From an uncultured virus (IMG/VR IMGVR_UViG_3300042861_002374) (lineage: Varidnaviria > Bamfordvirae): a stretch of 58,661 bases of DNA. Shown here piece after piece: positions 10,757 to 20,178 of the stretch. The notes under the pieces were generated by a model, which had not been told where the DNA came from, searched no databases, and was given only the letters and a program-made list of their open reading frames with translations. The position numbers and the translations under genes were made by a program. Each line of letters starts with the position of its first letter. Within the stretch, counting starts at the first letter, position 1. The stretch lies in the IMG/VR virus record IMGVR_UViG_3300042861_002374; one strand, given 5' to 3'.

Positions 10757-11977
10757 ATGTCTAGTTTGTTAATAGATTTTAATAAAATAGTAAAACCAAA
10801 CAGTATGAGAAATTTAGAAAATAGAATTAAACCTATTCCTGAAACTTCTTTTAGTATTGGATTAATTCTTGTAATTAGTCAAAAACAATACAATATATTA
10901 AACAAGTTACCTAAGGGAAATATTAGGGTACAATATATAAATTCAAGCGATTTTGTTAATAGTATTTCTGATTATGCATATATTATTTATGATAAAAAGA
11001 AAAAAATTTGTGAAATTATTGGTGCAAAAAGTTTTATGATTCTTAAAGTTTTGGAAACAACTCTTCTTAACATTCCTAACGATGTTACATTGTGCGTTGG
11101 TATTGATCTTGATAATATTGAGAGTAGTAAATTAATACAAGAATATATAGATTCAGGATTTCATGATCCTTACATAAGTAACACAAGCCCTATGGGTGTT
11201 AATTTTTTCAAGAATGGGTTGTGTCTAATTCGTGAAAATAATATCGTAAATGACAAGTCTGCTAACGAGGTTAAGTATGTATTAAAACAAAATGTAGAAA
11301 AAAAAGATGTATGTACTCTAAAAGTTCAGTTGAGTGATTGGTCGGTAAAATATTTACGAAATATATCAATGATGGGTTCTACAATAAATAGAAATGGAAT
11401 TATTACACAAAAAGAAGTTGCTGGTAGATTTGTAATTGAAAAAGTTACAGATGATTTAGTACATTATCTTGATGTTGATAAACAAAGTATTATTCACGGT
11501 GAAGAAGAGGGAGTTAAAGTTGCTAAAGGTCTTTATAATTTTCATTCTCATCCTGTTGAGGCTTACGAACGCAACAATGTAAAATTTGCTTGGCCATCAG
11601 CTCAAGATTATCTAGGTTTTTTAAGTGCGAGTGAAGAATACGATACTATATTACATATTGTTGCTAGTATGGAAGGGTTTTATATAATTTCTTTGCATTC
11701 TGATTGGATTAGAAATAAACAAAAAATAAATAAAAAAATGATTGATTTTATTCTTACTACTTATTCTAAAGTTTATACACCAAAAGTTTATACACCAGAA
11801 GTATATATAAAACATATTAACAGTATTCATTATGCAGAATATTCTGTATTTTTTGTTCAGTATTTTAACTGGCATAATGCAAACACTTCTTTTACGGTTT
11901 CATATCATAAAACAGGCAGTAATTGTTTTTCTAATCATTCTACATTGGAATCATCAAGGAGTTTTATAAAAACCTAA
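10757..11977 (+). CDS. Protein with C-terminal JAB/MPN-like metallo-motif and possible GNAT-like N-terminus
   Basis: KEVAG...FHSHP...WPSAQD; N-terminal N..SKLIQEYIDSGF. Confidence 0.55.
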   Translation: MSSLLIDFNKIVKPNSMRNLENRIKPIPETSFSIGLILVISQKQYNILNKLPKGNIRVQYINSSDFVNSISDYAYIIYDKKKKICEIIGAKSFMILKVLETTLLNIPNDVTLCVGIDLDNIESSKLIQEYIDSGFHDPYISNTSPMGVNFFKNGLCLIRENNIVNDKSANEVKYVLKQNVEKKDVCTLKVQLSDWSVKYLRNISMMGSTINRNGIITQKEVAGRFVIEKVTDDLVHYLDVDKQSIIHGEEEGVKVAKGLYNFHSHPVEAYERNNVKFAWPSAQDYLGFLSASEEYDTILHIVASMEGFYIISLHSDWIRNKQKINKKMIDFILTTYSKVYTPKVYTPEVYIKHINSIHYAEYSVFFVQYFNWHNANTSFTVSYHKTGSNCFSNHSTLESSRSFIKT

Positions 11978-12046
11978 CTTGGAATTAAATACTTGTTTCT
12001 ATTATAGTAAAAAATATTTATATAAGAAAATGTTTACTTAGTTTAA

Positions 12047-12520
12047 ATGGATTTTGATTTGTTATTGATATCTCGTGTTACTGCAAGTACTCTTATATTT
12101 TTTTTATTGTTTATATTGTGTAAAAAACAATTATGGTTAACTGCTCCTGATAAAAAGACAGAAACTTGTTCTCAAAATTCTGATATTGTTTCAAAAGCAA
12201 ATAAGTTAGAATCTAAAAAGACACTTTTTTTAAGGATGAAAACCTTTTTGATCAGACCTCGGTTTAATTTTTTTCGTAAATTAAAAATTTCAAATCGTTT
12301 GCCTAATTTTTGTTTATTCTTCCGATCTTTTTTTATTCGTTTCACACAAATATTAAAAAACAAAGAAAAAACAATCGAAAATAAAGCTGAAATTAATTTA
12401 CACAAACTCGCTAAATCTCTTTGGGATAAAGGTAAATATTCTGAAGCAGAACAAATAATGTTGGAAGTCCTTAATATTAAACGTCTTGTTGGAATAGACA
12501 AAAATAATATAAAATCTTAA
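12047..12520 (+). CDS. Hypothetical membrane protein with a TPR-like C-terminal motif
   Basis: N-terminal hydrophobic helix; LHKLAKSLWDKGKYSEAEQIMLEVLNI. Confidence 0.55.
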   Translation: MDFDLLLISRVTASTLIFFLLFILCKKQLWLTAPDKKTETCSQNSDIVSKANKLESKKTLFLRMKTFLIRPRFNFFRKLKISNRLPNFCLFFRSFFIRFTQILKNKEKTIENKAEINLHKLAKSLWDKGKYSEAEQIMLEVLNIKRLVGIDKNNIKS

Positions 12521-12573
12521 TAAATTAACTGATACAATTAGTCTTAATATTTTCTAATATTAAGAACAAATAA

Positions 12574-13359
12574 TTAAAAACCAATAGGATCAGTATATTC
12601 AATATTATATCTATTCTCATGAAATTTCCAATATTCTGGACAACCAAATCGCCATCCTTTTGGAACTATTGGAGCTCTCCAATAAAAAACACAATCTTGC
12701 CATCTATTACTTCTAGTAGCATTGTGAATATAAATACAGTGATAATCTTCTGTTAATTGTTCCATCAGATCACAAAAAAGTTCATATGTAGGAATAATTG
12801 ATGCATAATTACGGTATATTTTTTCTCTATTGGATTCTATAGGTTCCCTGAGAATAAAAATACCATCAATATTTGTTCTAATTGCTGGTTTAATATCCAT
12901 TGCATACTGTAAAGAAAGAATGTAAAACATTTTCCAGTGACGTCCTTTTTTAAATAATGCATTCTGCAGAGGTTTATTAAATACTTTAGGATCATCTGTG
13001 CAATCATCAAGTATAAGAACACCCCAAGAATTTTCAAGATGCTGTCTGGCAAGTTTTTGACGTTTAACAAAATCCTTTATTTTTTCTTCGTCATACTCAT
13101 TATATACAAAAGTACTTGGCATAATTTCGGCAAAAGCGTGATTTGTGTCTTCAGAACCACTCATAGCCATTCCAATTGGAAAAATATGTTTTTTTGAATA
13201 TAAAATACCTTTAATAAGTGTACTCTTTCCAGTACCAGGTTTTCCTATAACAACAATCTTACATCCTCCATTATAGTCTGGATCATTCATTCTGTTAGTC
13301 AAAGGTGGAATAATTTCTGTGTCAAGTTCTTGTATTTCAACAGTGGCTGGACTACTCAT
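12574..13359 (-). CDS. A32-like virion packaging ATPase
   Basis: Walker A GKPGTGKS, Walker B LILDDC, GRHW, QY, RTNIDGIF. Confidence 0.95.
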   Translation of the reverse strand: MSSPATVEIQELDTEIIPPLTNRMNDPDYNGGCKIVVIGKPGTGKSTLIKGILYSKKHIFPIGMAMSGSEDTNHAFAEIMPSTFVYNEYDEEKIKDFVKRQKLARQHLENSWGVLILDDCTDDPKVFNKPLQNALFKKGRHWKMFYILSLQYAMDIKPAIRTNIDGIFILREPIESNREKIYRNYASIIPTYELFCDLMEQLTEDYHCIYIHNATRSNRWQDCVFYWRAPIVPKGWRFGCPEYWKFHENRYNIEYTDPIGF

Positions 13360-13417
13360 TTGGATCTTATTTTTGTCTTGTTTAAATCAAAGTAAATTAA
13401 AATTAAACGTACGATAA

Positions 13418-14278
13418 CTATTTATCTTTGTTTTTTCGCCAAGTTGCTTCACAATTATGTATAAGTATTTTATCACTTTTTTGTTTATCATATATAATAA
13501 AATTACTATGTTTTGTGTGAGTTAATATAGTTGTGACAACATCTGGTCCAGTAGACCATAAAATATCATTGTCAGTCCAATTTTCTGTATCTTTTAATGT
13601 TTTTATACGTTTGGAAGATTCTTTAATGATATCTAATAATATTGTATTTCCAGGATATAAAGAAGCAATAATATAATTAGCATATCTATTAGGTATTTTT
13701 TCTTCTCTGGGATCTAAAACTTTTACATTAACTATATTTTCAGTATACCATACACCATTTTTATGATTTTTTAAGTCACTCATAGAAAAAGGAGTTTTTA
13801 TATCAACATCATTATCTAGATAAACACCGCCATAATAATATATTAATAGATATCTTCCTAAATCAGCTTTGCATACATTTCTTTTAATACTGTTGTAAAT
13901 GTTAGAAAATTCACTATCAAATTCTTCTGAATATTTCAAAACAAGATCTTCGATATCTTTTTTCCCGTGTGTTATTTTGTTACTTCCTTTTAATATATTT
14001 TGATTTTTTTCTTGATTTTTTAAATATTTAGAAGGTATATCAGAATTGTCCCATAAACCCCACATATACCTTAAAGTTAAACTATAATAGTCTGAGCTAT
14101 TGATATATCTACTAGCAGGTGTATTTGTGTTTGTTTTTGAGGTAAATAAATAATATATAAAAATTCCTAATAGTATTGGGACTACTATTATACTAAATAT
14201 CCAATGTACAAATTTTAATAATACTAAACCAGTAATTATAATAAAGATAATACACAATACTGTAAAATAAGTTTGCAT
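13418..14278 (-). CDS. GT32 (OCH1-like, DxD) glycosyltransferase, membrane-anchored
   Basis: KADLGRYLLIYYYGGVYLDND, TGP; two N-terminal TM helices. Confidence 0.9.
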   Translation of the reverse strand: MQTYFTVLCIIFIIITGLVLLKFVHWIFSIIVVPILLGIFIYYLFTSKTNTNTPASRYINSSDYYSLTLRYMWGLWDNSDIPSKYLKNQEKNQNILKGSNKITHGKKDIEDLVLKYSEEFDSEFSNIYNSIKRNVCKADLGRYLLIYYYGGVYLDNDVDIKTPFSMSDLKNHKNGVWYTENIVNVKVLDPREEKIPNRYANYIIASLYPGNTILLDIIKESSKRIKTLKDTENWTDNDILWSTGPDVVTTILTHTKHSNFIIYDKQKSDKILIHNCEATWRKNKDK

Positions 14279-14302
14279 CTTTATTATATATTAAAAAATT
14301 AT

Positions 14303-14623
14303 TTAATTTTTAGGAGGATGATTCCAGAGATGCCATTTTCTTTTTGATAACTTATCTACTATTCTTTCAGCAGTAATCTTATCTATTCCAGAATATTCGT
14401 TCCTTTCGTCCTCATTATCTGAATAAATTTCGGCATAAACCGGTTTGTGTTTTCTCATATCATTCCAATTGCAAAAAAGAGCAACACGTAAATCATAATT
14501 AGGTTCTATTATGTCAATACTAGCGCTAGAAATATCATATCCTGTCAAAGAAATGTTGTTTTCAGAAGTTTTTTTAATGTATGGTAATCCATCAATAGGA
14601 ATAATTACTGTATAAAGCTGCAT
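14303..14623 (-). CDS. Hypothetical protein
   Basis: ORF; first ATG at 14623. Confidence 0.55.
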   Translation of the reverse strand: MQLYTVIIPIDGLPYIKKTSENNISLTGYDISSASIDIIEPNYDLRVALFCNWNDMRKHKPVYAEIYSDNEDERNEYSGIDKITAERIVDKLSKRKWHLWNHPPKN

Positions 14624-14683
14624 CTTTATTTTTATTATTAATTTCTTAAAAAAAATCAAAAATAAATTTCATAGTATAAATAA

Positions 14684-15850
14684 ATGAGTGGTCATGATTG
14701 TACTGATTATGATCAATGTCCAAAAGAAAAAGAAGTTATAGAAAATTTTTATATAAATAATGAAAATTTTAATTTTTTATTTGTTGGTTGCTGGGGTGTT
14801 TATGGTAAACAGGGAGAATATCAAGAAGAAAACTGGGATGGAGAAAAATGGAAACAAAAATCAAAAACATATGGTCAAAAATCTGTTGTAGAAGCAATGA
14901 AAACATTTGTTGAACAAAAAGGACCGCAACAAGTGGTTATACTTGCAGGAGATAATGTTTACTCTGATAGTGAAATACCAATAGAAAAGCATTTCAGAAA
15001 AGATATTGAATTGTATGGAAAGCACTACTCTTATAATATGGACAAACAATTACAAGAAGGATTTATACAGTCAATGAGTAAGGTACCAACAGATCATTTT
15101 CTTATAGGTGTGGGAAACCATGATATTGAAACATGTGAAAGCATAAACAAACAACTGAATTACAAGGAAAATAAATGGACTATGCCAGGGCTTTCTTATA
15201 AAATTATGTATAAATATCCGGAAAATCCGAAAAATCAGGAAAAAGTTTTTAACGTTAATTTAATTTTTATTGATACAAATATGTACAAAAAGAAATGGTG
15301 TTTCAAAGTAAAATCACCTTTACACCCTTTAGAAGATCAAAAATATCCTGAAGATGCTATAAAAAATCAAGCAAAATGGCTTGAAAAAGCACTTGATAAA
15401 TCAAGGAATACATGGAATATTGTAATTGGCCACATTCCATTTTATTGCTCGTCTAAAAAACAAGGTAAAAAAGTTAACGTATTCAACGAAGAACTTTATA
15501 ATCTTATTTTATCATACGCAGAATATATTGACTTATATATGTGTGCTGATGAACATAATCAACAATATATTACAGATTTGGTTGATGAGGATACATCAGA
15601 ACCTACATACAATCATGATTATCATGGATGTAGAAAATTACCACCTCAAGTGATTGCTGGAAGCGGAGGAACAGTTTTAGATCCAGAATTTTATCCTGTA
15701 AAAGACTCATCACTTGAAAAAGCTACTAAATACCACCAATCTATTTTTGGTTTTGTATCTGTAAAAGTTAATGATAAAAACATTAGTGTAAATTTTAATG
15801 ATACTAAAGGAAAACTAACAGTAAAATTTGACGTTGATAAGAAAAGATAA
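14684..15850 (+). CDS. Calcineurin-like metallophosphoesterase (purple acid phosphatase-like)
   Basis: GDNVY, GNHD, IDTN, GHIP, ADEH; first motif reads VGCWG. Confidence 0.88.
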   Translation: MSGHDCTDYDQCPKEKEVIENFYINNENFNFLFVGCWGVYGKQGEYQEENWDGEKWKQKSKTYGQKSVVEAMKTFVEQKGPQQVVILAGDNVYSDSEIPIEKHFRKDIELYGKHYSYNMDKQLQEGFIQSMSKVPTDHFLIGVGNHDIETCESINKQLNYKENKWTMPGLSYKIMYKYPENPKNQEKVFNVNLIFIDTNMYKKKWCFKVKSPLHPLEDQKYPEDAIKNQAKWLEKALDKSRNTWNIVIGHIPFYCSSKKQGKKVNVFNEELYNLILSYAEYIDLYMCADEHNQQYITDLVDEDTSEPTYNHDYHGCRKLPPQVIAGSGGTVLDPEFYPVKDSSLEKATKYHQSIFGFVSVKVNDKNISVNFNDTKGKLTVKFDVDKKR

Positions 15851-15879
15851 ATAACTTAAAAATATTTCCTTAGAGTAAA

Positions 15880-16176
15880 ATGATATTCGATAAAAAAGAT
15901 TCTGTGACAATGGCTTATGTGACTTTAATTGTAGCATTTTCTATTATAGTAGGGATACTTTATCTATTTAATCCTTCGTGGATTCAAGTAATAAACGAAG
16001 ATAAAGGTAAAAGAACAATTTGTTGGAAATTGTTACTATCTTATTCAGCAACATTTGCTTTAATATTAGCTATTGCAGCACTCATTATAGTTTCAAATTA
16101 CAAAGTTGAATTAAAACAAAAAGAATACTATGTTCCTCTTTCAGAAAATTCAAATATACAAAATTTCATTAAGTAA
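15880..16176 (+). CDS. Small two-TM membrane protein
   Basis: Two hydrophobic helices. Confidence 0.7.
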   Translation: MIFDKKDSVTMAYVTLIVAFSIIVGILYLFNPSWIQVINEDKGKRTICWKLLLSYSATFALILAIAALIIVSNYKVELKQKEYYVPLSENSNIQNFIK

Positions 16177-16220
16177 TAAAATTTATAAATTTTATTTAAG
16201 TCATAGATTAAATAACAATT

Positions 16221-16445
16221 ATGCAAAGTACATACACAAGTGCCCTAATATTGTTTATAGTTACTGGAATTGTCATATATGGTATATTAAAAATAACTTC
16301 ACCACCAGTTGTTCTAAATGTCGATAAAAAGTTTAGTATTAAAAAGGGAATAGTAGTTTCTACAATCATTTCACTTACATTTACACTGATGATTTTATTT
16401 ATTTCAATTAAAATTGAACAAAATAAACCGACTGTGCCAAAATAA
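16221..16445 (+). CDS. Small two-TM membrane protein
   Basis: Same topology as the upstream gene (TM-P-loop-TM). Confidence 0.65.
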   Translation: MQSTYTSALILFIVTGIVIYGILKITSPPVVLNVDKKFSIKKGIVVSTIISLTFTLMILFISIKIEQNKPTVPK

Positions 16446-16451
16446 GAGAAA

Positions 16452-17303
16452 TCATTTTTTGCATGGTGTTAAGTCACCAAAATTAGAAAAATAACAGTTT
16501 TTATATATATTATTACTACTGTTTAAATTACAAGTTTTACCACATGGATCATTTTCACTCAAAGATTTTGTATTATATTTTGTGATATTGTCTGTAATGT
16601 TATCTACTACGGCAACTTTATCAAAACAACATTGATCCCAAGAAGTAGTGTATTTCGTCGTAACAGTTTGAATTAATCCTGGTAATTTATTGTGATCCCA
16701 AACAATAACAAGAATTTGACCATTAAAATTGTCTGATGTCGCGTAATTTTTTACAATATCATTATCGTCAGGACTAGATATATAACAGGGAGAATGTCCA
16801 AGATTCATAAGAGATTCATATATAATAGATGCTGTGGTTGTAGGACGTTGATTTGTCTTTCCAGGTATAAATGATTGTGATATTACTCCTGTAACTTTTA
16901 ATCCTTTATCATTTGCAAAACAATTTACCCACTTTCCAATATTCCATGAACGTTTAATACCTTCATCTGAACAATCATTTGTTGCACAACCTCCTATTGC
17001 TTCTAGATATTGACAGCCGTAACAAGTTCCATCATTTTTGTCTTGACAACTACTACTATCTATATATCCTCTGTCACAGTGTCTAATAAAAATTATATAA
17101 GCTGGCTTAGAATTTGTTCCGGAAATATTACATTGTTTGCTACCAGGTATATCAGAAAAGTTCATTTGTTTTGCTATTTTACACATTCCTCCACTTGTTG
17201 TTTCTGGTTTGTTATTTAGATAGTGAAAAATAAGTATTGCTGAAACGAATGAAACAATAAAAATAAAAATAGAAATTATTATTTTAGTTTTTCTTGTAAT
17301 CAT
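16452..17303 (-). CDS. Membrane-anchored histidine-phosphatase superfamily protein
   Basis: TM helix; IIFIRHCD, EGIKRS, RPTTT, VIVWDH; Cys-rich. Confidence 0.7.
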   Translation of the reverse strand: MITRKTKIIISIFIFIVSFVSAILIFHYLNNKPETTSGGMCKIAKQMNFSDIPGSKQCNISGTNSKPAYIIFIRHCDRGYIDSSSCQDKNDGTCYGCQYLEAIGGCATNDCSDEGIKRSWNIGKWVNCFANDKGLKVTGVISQSFIPGKTNQRPTTTASIIYESLMNLGHSPCYISSPDDNDIVKNYATSDNFNGQILVIVWDHNKLPGLIQTVTTKYTTSWDQCCFDKVAVVDNITDNITKYNTKSLSENDPCGKTCNLNSSNNIYKNCYFSNFGDLTPCKK

Positions 17304-17362
17304 TTATATAATATAAATATTTTGTTATAATTTATTATTATTGAATAATAAATGAATATTTT

Positions 17363-18190
17363 TTAATCGCTATCAGAACCTGATATACCCAATTCTCTGT
17401 CTACTAGTTCTTTTGACTTGATGTAAATAGAAATTTTTCCTAAACTACCAACACTTGAACGAAAAAGTAAAGGAAGATCATTTGATCCTGTAAAAATTTG
17501 CATAGTAGAACCTAGACCTGCAATTTTGTTAATACGTGTAAATTGATCTGTAGTAAAAGTAGCATCATAAGAAGTAAATACATTATGAATTCCATCTTCG
17601 TCTTCTGAGTCATCACTTTCTCCAAGTCTTACTTTGCGTTTTAAAATACCGTCTGCATCAGCAATAAAATCAATATGAAATCCTCTTGCTTTTACACGAA
17701 TGTTTGTGCTTCCAATACTGCTAAGTTCCTTGCACATTTTTTGAAAATCTGGTGAAGGGACAATGACAGGTTTTCCATATCCAACAGGAACATCTGCTTC
17801 AACGTTTTGTATATTTTGAATTTTAATACCTGATGTAGTAACGCGAGTGTTTTCTTTTGGGATTGTTTTTATACCAAGTTCGTTCGGATTTTCTGAACTG
17901 ATAAAAAGTTGTAATGAATCTTTCTTTTTAATACTTTTAAGCATCTTATGAAAATGATTGAGATTCAGACCTAAACAAAACTTTTCTTCTGATTTAAACT
18001 TATATAGAGAAAAGTTTTCAGATTGAAGATTCATATCTACCAAAGTTTTCCGCGGTTGATCAAACATACGAAGAGTAATTCCATCCTCATTTACATCAAA
18101 ACAACCATGCTTTAGGTTATTTGTTAATAATTCAGCAAGTATCTTAATCTGATAAGCTTCACCGGTTTTACATTTGAAAGTCACAGGCAT
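17363..18190 (-). CDS. PCNA: Proliferating cell nuclear antigen (sliding clamp)
   Basis: Length and motifs: GITLRMFD, LGLNLNHFHKMLK, DFQKMCKELS, DLPL, LGKISIYI. Confidence 0.92.
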   Translation of the reverse strand: MPVTFKCKTGEAYQIKILAELLTNNLKHGCFDVNEDGITLRMFDQPRKTLVDMNLQSENFSLYKFKSEEKFCLGLNLNHFHKMLKSIKKKDSLQLFISSENPNELGIKTIPKENTRVTTSGIKIQNIQNVEADVPVGYGKPVIVPSPDFQKMCKELSSIGSTNIRVKARGFHIDFIADADGILKRKVRLGESDDSEDEDGIHNVFTSYDATFTTDQFTRINKIAGLGSTMQIFTGSNDLPLLFRSSVGSLGKISIYIKSKELVDRELGISGSDSD

Positions 18191-18321
18191 TTAAAAATAA
18201 AAATTTACAACTTTAAGTTATATTAGCAAAAAAATAATATATTTTCAAAATCGGGTATTAAAAATTTTATCACTAATTTAAATTTTTAATAACGGCTTAA
18301 AGATTTGTATTCTATTATAAA

Positions 18322-19608
18322 ATGACTGAATTAATAAACTCAATTGATATGAACTTATCTTTTAATGATGAAACTATCAGAGTATTAGGTACGTCTGAAA
18401 ATCCTATGTTTGTCGTTAAAGATATCTGTAATATTTTAGGACTAACTAATGTAACCGAGACACTACGTAATATTCCCGAAAAATGGCGGTCTTCAGTTTC
18501 TCTGAAGACCGGTAATTCTAGTAATTTTCAAACTTCTTGTGTTGTTAATGAAGCAGGTTTATACAAAATTATTATGCGCTCTAATAAAGTAATATCACAA
18601 CCCTTTCAAGAATTTGTGTGTGAAGAGATATTACCATCTATTAGAAAGACAGGAGAATATAAGTATCAAAAGATATTAGACGAAAAAAATAAATTAGAAG
18701 AAGAAAATAAGATTATAAAAGATCAAAAAATTAAAGTGGAAGAAGAGGTTAAAAAATTAAGAAAAAAATATGTAAAACAACCAAAAGAAGTGCTTGATCA
18801 AAAGAATGTAGTGTATCTTATGACTTCAGAAGAGAGTGAAAAAGTTGGCGAATATAATGTAGGAAAAGCACTAGACTTATCCAAGAGAAAAGAGTCTTAC
18901 AATCACAATAAGTTACATAATTTCAAAGTTATTTATTATATATCTTGCAAAAACTTAAAATTGATGGATATACTAGAAAGCGTCATTCTAAGCAAACTTG
19001 AAAAATATAGATGTAAAGCTGGCAGAGATGTATTTTTATTACCTACAAAAGATATCAAAGTATTTACAAATATATTTGATGAATGTTTAAAGTTTTATGA
19101 AGGTATTGATGATCCTATATATCCTAAAAGAACAATACAAGAAGATAAAGAGAAACAAAAAGAAAGAAATATAAAATACCAAGAAGAACATAAGGAGGAA
19201 ATTAAAGAAAAAATGCACGAGTATTACCAAGATAATAAAGACATATTGTCTGATATTAAAAAAGAATATTGTGAAAAAAATGCTGATGTTATAGCTAAAA
19301 AACAGAAAGAATATTATGAAAAAAATAAAGAAGCAGTAATAGAAAATGTTATGGAATATTATGAAGAGAACAAAGAGAGTATATTAGAAGAGAGAAAAGT
19401 TTTTTATCAAGATAATAAAGAGCATATATTAGAAGAAAGAGCTAAATATTATAAAGAAAATTATAAGACAAAGATAGCGGCTCAAAGAAAAGAAAAGGAA
19501 AAATGTGAATGTGGTATGATAATTACTCATTATGGTATGAAAAGACATAAAAATACGGATAGACATAAAAAATTGATGGAAAAAAAAGTGGATACTGTAA
19601 CATATTGA
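18322..19608 (+). CDS. Bro-N domain protein with T5orf172-like region, low-complexity repeats and C-terminal zinc finger
   Basis: IRVLGTSENPMFVVKDIC, NEAGLYKIIMRS, EEILPSIRKTGEY; VYLM..YNVGKA..R; CECG..RHKNTDRH. Confidence 0.88.
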   Translation: MTELINSIDMNLSFNDETIRVLGTSENPMFVVKDICNILGLTNVTETLRNIPEKWRSSVSLKTGNSSNFQTSCVVNEAGLYKIIMRSNKVISQPFQEFVCEEILPSIRKTGEYKYQKILDEKNKLEEENKIIKDQKIKVEEEVKKLRKKYVKQPKEVLDQKNVVYLMTSEESEKVGEYNVGKALDLSKRKESYNHNKLHNFKVIYYISCKNLKLMDILESVILSKLEKYRCKAGRDVFLLPTKDIKVFTNIFDECLKFYEGIDDPIYPKRTIQEDKEKQKERNIKYQEEHKEEIKEKMHEYYQDNKDILSDIKKEYCEKNADVIAKKQKEYYEKNKEAVIENVMEYYEENKESILEERKVFYQDNKEHILEERAKYYKENYKTKIAAQRKEKEKCECGMIITHYGMKRHKNTDRHKKLMEKKVDTVTY

Positions 19609-19675
19609 AGTCAAAGGTGTAAACCAGTTTAGTTATATTAACAAAAATATTATTTTATCTTGTCAATGATAAAAT

Positions 19676-20071
19676 ATGGATGAATTCAATAAACACGTGA
19701 ATTATATGGAAAATCATGATTTTGATAAGAAAGGAAACCTAATTAATAAATCTATACCAAATAATATTTTTGTTGTCATTATGATACAAGCATCTTGGTG
19801 TCATTTTTGCAAACAAGCAAAGCCACATTTTCAAAAGTTTGCAAAAAAACATAAGAATAAGGTATTTTGCGCCACTATAGAATCAAACGGTGAGAGAGAA
19901 AGTGAGAAAAAACTTGGAAATCGTGTTAACGATTTTGTTCCAGATTTTAAAGGATTTCCGCACTATATATTGTATAAAGATGGAAAGATGGTAAATAAAA
20001 AAATTAAGGGTCGTTCAGTAGAACATTTAGAAAATTTTGTAGGAATAAATATGTCGAAAGATCGTAAATAA
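19676..20071 (+). CDS. Thioredoxin-like protein
   Basis: ASWCHFCK active site, GFP motif. Confidence 0.92.
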   Translation: MDEFNKHVNYMENHDFDKKGNLINKSIPNNIFVVIMIQASWCHFCKQAKPHFQKFAKKHKNKVFCATIESNGERESEKKLGNRVNDFVPDFKGFPHYILYKDGKMVNKKIKGRSVEHLENFVGINMSKDRK

Positions 20072-20115
20072 AAAATTGAGGGGGCGTTCTGTAGAATATT
20101 TAGAAAACTTTGTAG
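19983..20115 (+). repeat. Diverged ~60-bp direct duplication of the thioredoxin 3' end
   Basis: 19983-20042 versus 20056-20115. Confidence 0.85.
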
Positions 20116-20178
20116 TTTTCTAATTTTTTAAAGAAATTTGTTTTTAATCTAACACAGTAAATGTTTACTTAGAATAAA

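Noticed and set aside
20072..20079. AAAATTGA as promoter of the VETF-L gene
   Set aside because: About 100 nt from the ATG and lies inside the duplicated thioredoxin tail
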